From: Thermoproteota archaeon | GTDB taxonomy: Archaea > Korarchaeota > Korarchaeia > Korarchaeales > JAOZGB01 | Direction of reading: 5' to 3' | Assembly (NCBI GenBank): GCA_037917685.1 | Contig: JAVCBU010000012.1 | Coordinates: 128,001-192,000, forward strand | DNA length: 64,000 nt | Shown: in pieces, positions 60,883-64,000 of the stretch | Layout: every line of letters begins with the position of its first letter | How positions within the stretch are numbered: the first letter of the stretch is position 1 | Translations under genes and position numbers: made by a program | The notes under the pieces: model-generated | The model's input: only the letters and a program-made list of their open reading frames with translations | The model's database searches: none | Told to the model about the DNA's origin: nothing

Positions 60883-62798
60883 TAAATGTGGAGTATTTCG
60901 GTTATGCCGGAAACATCCTATATGTAGACCTTGAAAGAGGAAAAACATTCTCGAAACCTTTAGACCTTGATTTTGCAAGGCAATATTTAGGTGGAACAGG
61001 ATTCTGCGCCAGGATGCTCTATGACATGATTAAACCAGGTATAGACCCGTTAAGCCCCGCGAACGTACTCATGTTTGCCACAGGCCCGTTAACGGGAACA
61101 CTATTCCCGCAAGCCTCAAGATACACAGTCGCAGGTAAATCACCGCTGACCGGAATTTGGGGCGAGTCACACGCCGCCGGGCACTGGGCTCCTGAGCTAA
61201 AGTTTGCCGGGTTCGATGCAATAGTAATAACTGGGAGATCTAGGAAACCTGTATATCTATATATTACTGACGACATGGCCGAACTTAGAGATGCAAGCCA
61301 CATATGGGGTAAAACCACAATAGACGCCGACCTAATTGTCAGAGAGGAAAATGGTGACATGGAGATAAAAACAGCAACAATAGGGCCTGCCGGGGAGAAC
61401 CTTGTAAGATACGCTGCCATACTAACCGACGATAGCAGAGTCGCGGCCAGAAGCGGCATGGGAGCAATAATGGGATCCAAAAAGCTTAAGCTAATAGCTA
61501 TAAGAGGTACAAAGCCCATAAAGATACGAAAACCAGATGAATACCTATCTTATGTTAAAGAGTGGCATGAAAGAATGCTCAAAAACCCATTCACCCCTTC
61601 AAGGATCAAGTACGGAACTACAAACCTTATAGAGCTGATGAACACCATAGGAAGACTTCCAACCTACAATTTTAGACAAGGGGTTTTCGAGGAGTATGAA
61701 AAGATAAGTGGGGAGACATTACGAGAGAAATATTTTGTTAGAACTAGAGCTGACTTTGCATGTCTACAGAGATGCGGAAGATACGTAAGAGTACTGTCAG
61801 GCCCATATAAGTGCTATTGTAAGGCTCCAGAGTTTGAGTGTATGTGTAGCCTTGGATCAAGATGTGGAAATTCAAATCTTGAATCGATAATATATGCACA
61901 TCACCTCTGTAACTTGTACGGAATGGATACGGTGTCGACTGGAGGCTCCATCTCCTGGGCGATGGAGTGCTACGAAGAGGGTTTGATAACTAAAGAAGAT
62001 ACCGGTGGGATAGACCTAACATGGGGAAACCATGAGGCTATTGTTCAGCTTATTGAGATGATAGCTTATAGAAAGGGATTCGGCGACGTTCTGGCTGAGG
62101 GAAGCTGGAGGGCATCAAGAATTATAGGAAGGGGTACAGAGAAATACGTTATGGCTGTTAAAAGACAGGAGATAGCTGCTCAGGATGGAAGAGCCCAGAA
62201 GTCTATGGGTCTCGCTTCGGCAACAGCCGCAAGGGGCGCCGACCATCTATATGCTTTCCCAGTGCTGGATGAGATAGGTTTCGACGTTGAAATAAGAAAG
62301 AGATATGGTGACCAGTACCTGCCAGAGATGGCGGATAGACTCAACCCCAAATATAAGGGAATCATGGTGAAGCTGAATGAGGACTACTGTGCCGTAGTGG
62401 AGTCCGTTGGAGTCTGCAAATACGGAACCTTGATACCACCAGAATTTTACTATGAGGACATAGCCAAGGCCCTAGAGCTGACTACAGGTTTCGAGTTTAC
62501 GGTTGAACAGTTGAAGCTTATCGGTGAGAGGATTGTTAATCTTCATAGAATGTTCAACGTTAGAGAGGGAATTGACAGGAGGGATGATACACTACCATGG
62601 CGTCTTACAGAGGTACCGTCGCCTAAAGGCCCGTCCAAGGGACAGGTGGTGGAGCTTGATAAAATGCTGACGGAATACTACACTCAGAGGGGATGGGATC
62701 TTAAGACAGGTTTACCAACGAGAAAGAAGCTCATGGAGCTAGGCTTAGAATTTACGATTAAAGACTTAGACTCACACCTGTCAAGGATTAAGTCCTAG
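60879..62798 (+). CDS. aor: Tungsten aldehyde:ferredoxin oxidoreductase family protein
   Basis: KSPLTG, ARSGMGAIMGSKKLK, DFACLQRC, APEFE, GMDTVS, RGADH, ESVGVC. Confidence 0.92.
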   Translation: MINVEYFGYAGNILYVDLERGKTFSKPLDLDFARQYLGGTGFCARMLYDMIKPGIDPLSPANVLMFATGPLTGTLFPQASRYTVAGKSPLTGIWGESHAAGHWAPELKFAGFDAIVITGRSRKPVYLYITDDMAELRDASHIWGKTTIDADLIVREENGDMEIKTATIGPAGENLVRYAAILTDDSRVAARSGMGAIMGSKKLKLIAIRGTKPIKIRKPDEYLSYVKEWHERMLKNPFTPSRIKYGTTNLIELMNTIGRLPTYNFRQGVFEEYEKISGETLREKYFVRTRADFACLQRCGRYVRVLSGPYKCYCKAPEFECMCSLGSRCGNSNLESIIYAHHLCNLYGMDTVSTGGSISWAMECYEEGLITKEDTGGIDLTWGNHEAIVQLIEMIAYRKGFGDVLAEGSWRASRIIGRGTEKYVMAVKRQEIAAQDGRAQKSMGLASATAARGADHLYAFPVLDEIGFDVEIRKRYGDQYLPEMADRLNPKYKGIMVKLNEDYCAVVESVGVCKYGTLIPPEFYYEDIAKALELTTGFEFTVEQLKLIGERIVNLHRMFNVREGIDRRDDTLPWRLTEVPSPKGPSKGQVVELDKMLTEYYTQRGWDLKTGLPTRKKLMELGLEFTIKDLDSHLSRIKS

Positions 62799-63284
62799 TG
62801 CTACAGCCTCGCCCGACTTTAAGGTTTCTTTAACCTTATCAGCGATGCGTCTAGCCTTTATTCTCCCCGTCTCAGCCGGAGATACGTAAATCACCGCACC
62901 TGTAGGGCAGAACTGCGCGCAGAGAGGATAGCCCTTGCAAAGGTCGCATTTGACGGCAACCTTTCTTTCCCTGTCGAAGGATATAGCCCCGAAGGGGCAT
63001 GCCTGGATACATTTTTTGCAGCCTATACATTTAGAATCGTCGAGTTTTACAATCCCTGTCGAATGATCTCTAGATATCGCCTGAGTTGGGCATACAGCTG
63101 CACAGTATGGGTTTGAACAGTTAACACACACCACAGGGACACTTAAACCTATATGGTACCAGTTTACCACTTTTATTCTGGACTCTGAGGGTTGAATGCT
63201 CCCTGTCTTCCCAAATGAGCATACAGCTTCGCATATTCGGCAGCCCGAGCACAACTCAGGCTCGACGTACAGGATCCTGTGCAT
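62781..63284 (-). CDS. 4Fe-4S polyferredoxin subunit
   Basis: CSGCRICEAVC, CVNCSNPYC, CIGCKKCIQACP, CDLCKGYPLC. Confidence 0.9.
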   Translation of the reverse strand: MHRILYVEPELCSGCRICEAVCSFGKTGSIQPSESRIKVVNWYHIGLSVPVVCVNCSNPYCAAVCPTQAISRDHSTGIVKLDDSKCIGCKKCIQACPFGAISFDRERKVAVKCDLCKGYPLCAQFCPTGAVIYVSPAETGRIKARRIADKVKETLKSGEAVALGLNP

Positions 63285-63343
63285 TTCATGGCTTCATTAT
63301 TTGGGTATAGTTAAAAATCTCACGATTATATTCTACTACTTGA

Positions 63344-64000
63344 ATGGATGTAGTACTGTACGATGGTGTCTCCACTGTAGGCGGATGTAAATTCATGGTC
63401 CGAACGAGACAGACATCAATATTCCTAGATTTTGGAAGAAACTATTCCAGAGAATCGTCGTACTTCCTAGAGCCGATAATGAGTGCACGAGACTACAAGA
63501 TACTGATAGATCTGGGTATAATCCCTGAGGTTGAAGGATTGTACAAGGGGGCTGAACAGAGACCGTCGGTTGACGGTATTTTTATAAGCCATGCACACTC
63601 AGATCATTACGGCTATATTAGATATATCAAAGACGATATTCCCGTATACCTTGGAGAGACCGCGTTGAATCTTATAATGGCGAGAGAGGCGGCTTCACAC
63701 CCACCTAGGGCTGAATACGCAATTTCCCGATTTACAAATGGGAAAGTTATGCCCTTAAAGAATTTTAAGGGTTTTAGAACAGGTTCCCAACTTAAAGTAG
63801 GTGACTTAACCGTAAAGCCGGTCCATGTTGACCATTCCGTTCCCGGATCCTACGGCTTTATCATCGACGACGGAGAGTCCACATTGGTTTATACAGGTGA
63901 TTTCAGGCTTCATGGGGCTGTGTCAGACTTGACGTTGGATTTTATAAGGGAAGCCGCAAGATCCAAGCCCGATCTGATGTTGGTTGAATCGACACATATC
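63344..64000 (+). CDS. MBL-fold metallo-hydrolase, RNase J-like (partial, runs off the window)
   Basis: Hand translation MDVVLYDGVSTVGGCK...LDFG...ISHAHSDHYG...VDHSVPGS...YTGDFRLHG; absent from the ORF track because no stop lies in the window. Confidence 0.88.
   Translation, partial: MDVVLYDGVSTVGGCKFMVRTRQTSIFLDFGRNYSRESSYFLEPIMSARDYKILIDLGIIPEVEGLYKGAEQRPSVDGIFISHAHSDHYGYIRYIKDDIPVYLGETALNLIMAREAASHPPRAEYAISRFTNGKVMPLKNFKGFRTGSQLKVGDLTVKPVHVDHSVPGSYGFIIDDGESTLVYTGDFRLHGAVSDLTLDFIREAARSKPDLMLVESTHI

Overview
Archaeal chromosomal DNA from a probable hyperthermophilic anaerobe. Supporting genes: reverse gyrase, DGGGP synthase, Cdc48, crenarchaeal-type SSB, NucS, NreA, PolB2 and three tungsten AOR/WOR-family oxidoreductases. 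A TACK-type uncultured lineage is plausible but is inference only. About 60 CDS cover housekeeping, membrane/secreted proteins and nucleobase/aldehyde metabolism. No rRNA, tRNA or CRISPR array was seen. Highlights: (1) a translationally coupled nucS-smc-scpA-scpB operon whose SMC is intact but only ~763 aa, with both coiled-coil arms roughly halved and a 179-aa kleisin; (2) an operon joining a PreA/DHOD-like flavoprotein that lacks the catalytic Cys to two tandem tungsten oxidoreductases; (3) decayed methanogen-type hdrB/hdrC relics; (4) a clear C/D-box sRNA absent from the ORF track; (5) an nreA plus RadA-like/small protein/PolB2 damage-tolerance cluster with G-string repeats upstream; (6) several deletion and duplication scars. 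All calls come from motif recognition by eye; no database searches were run.
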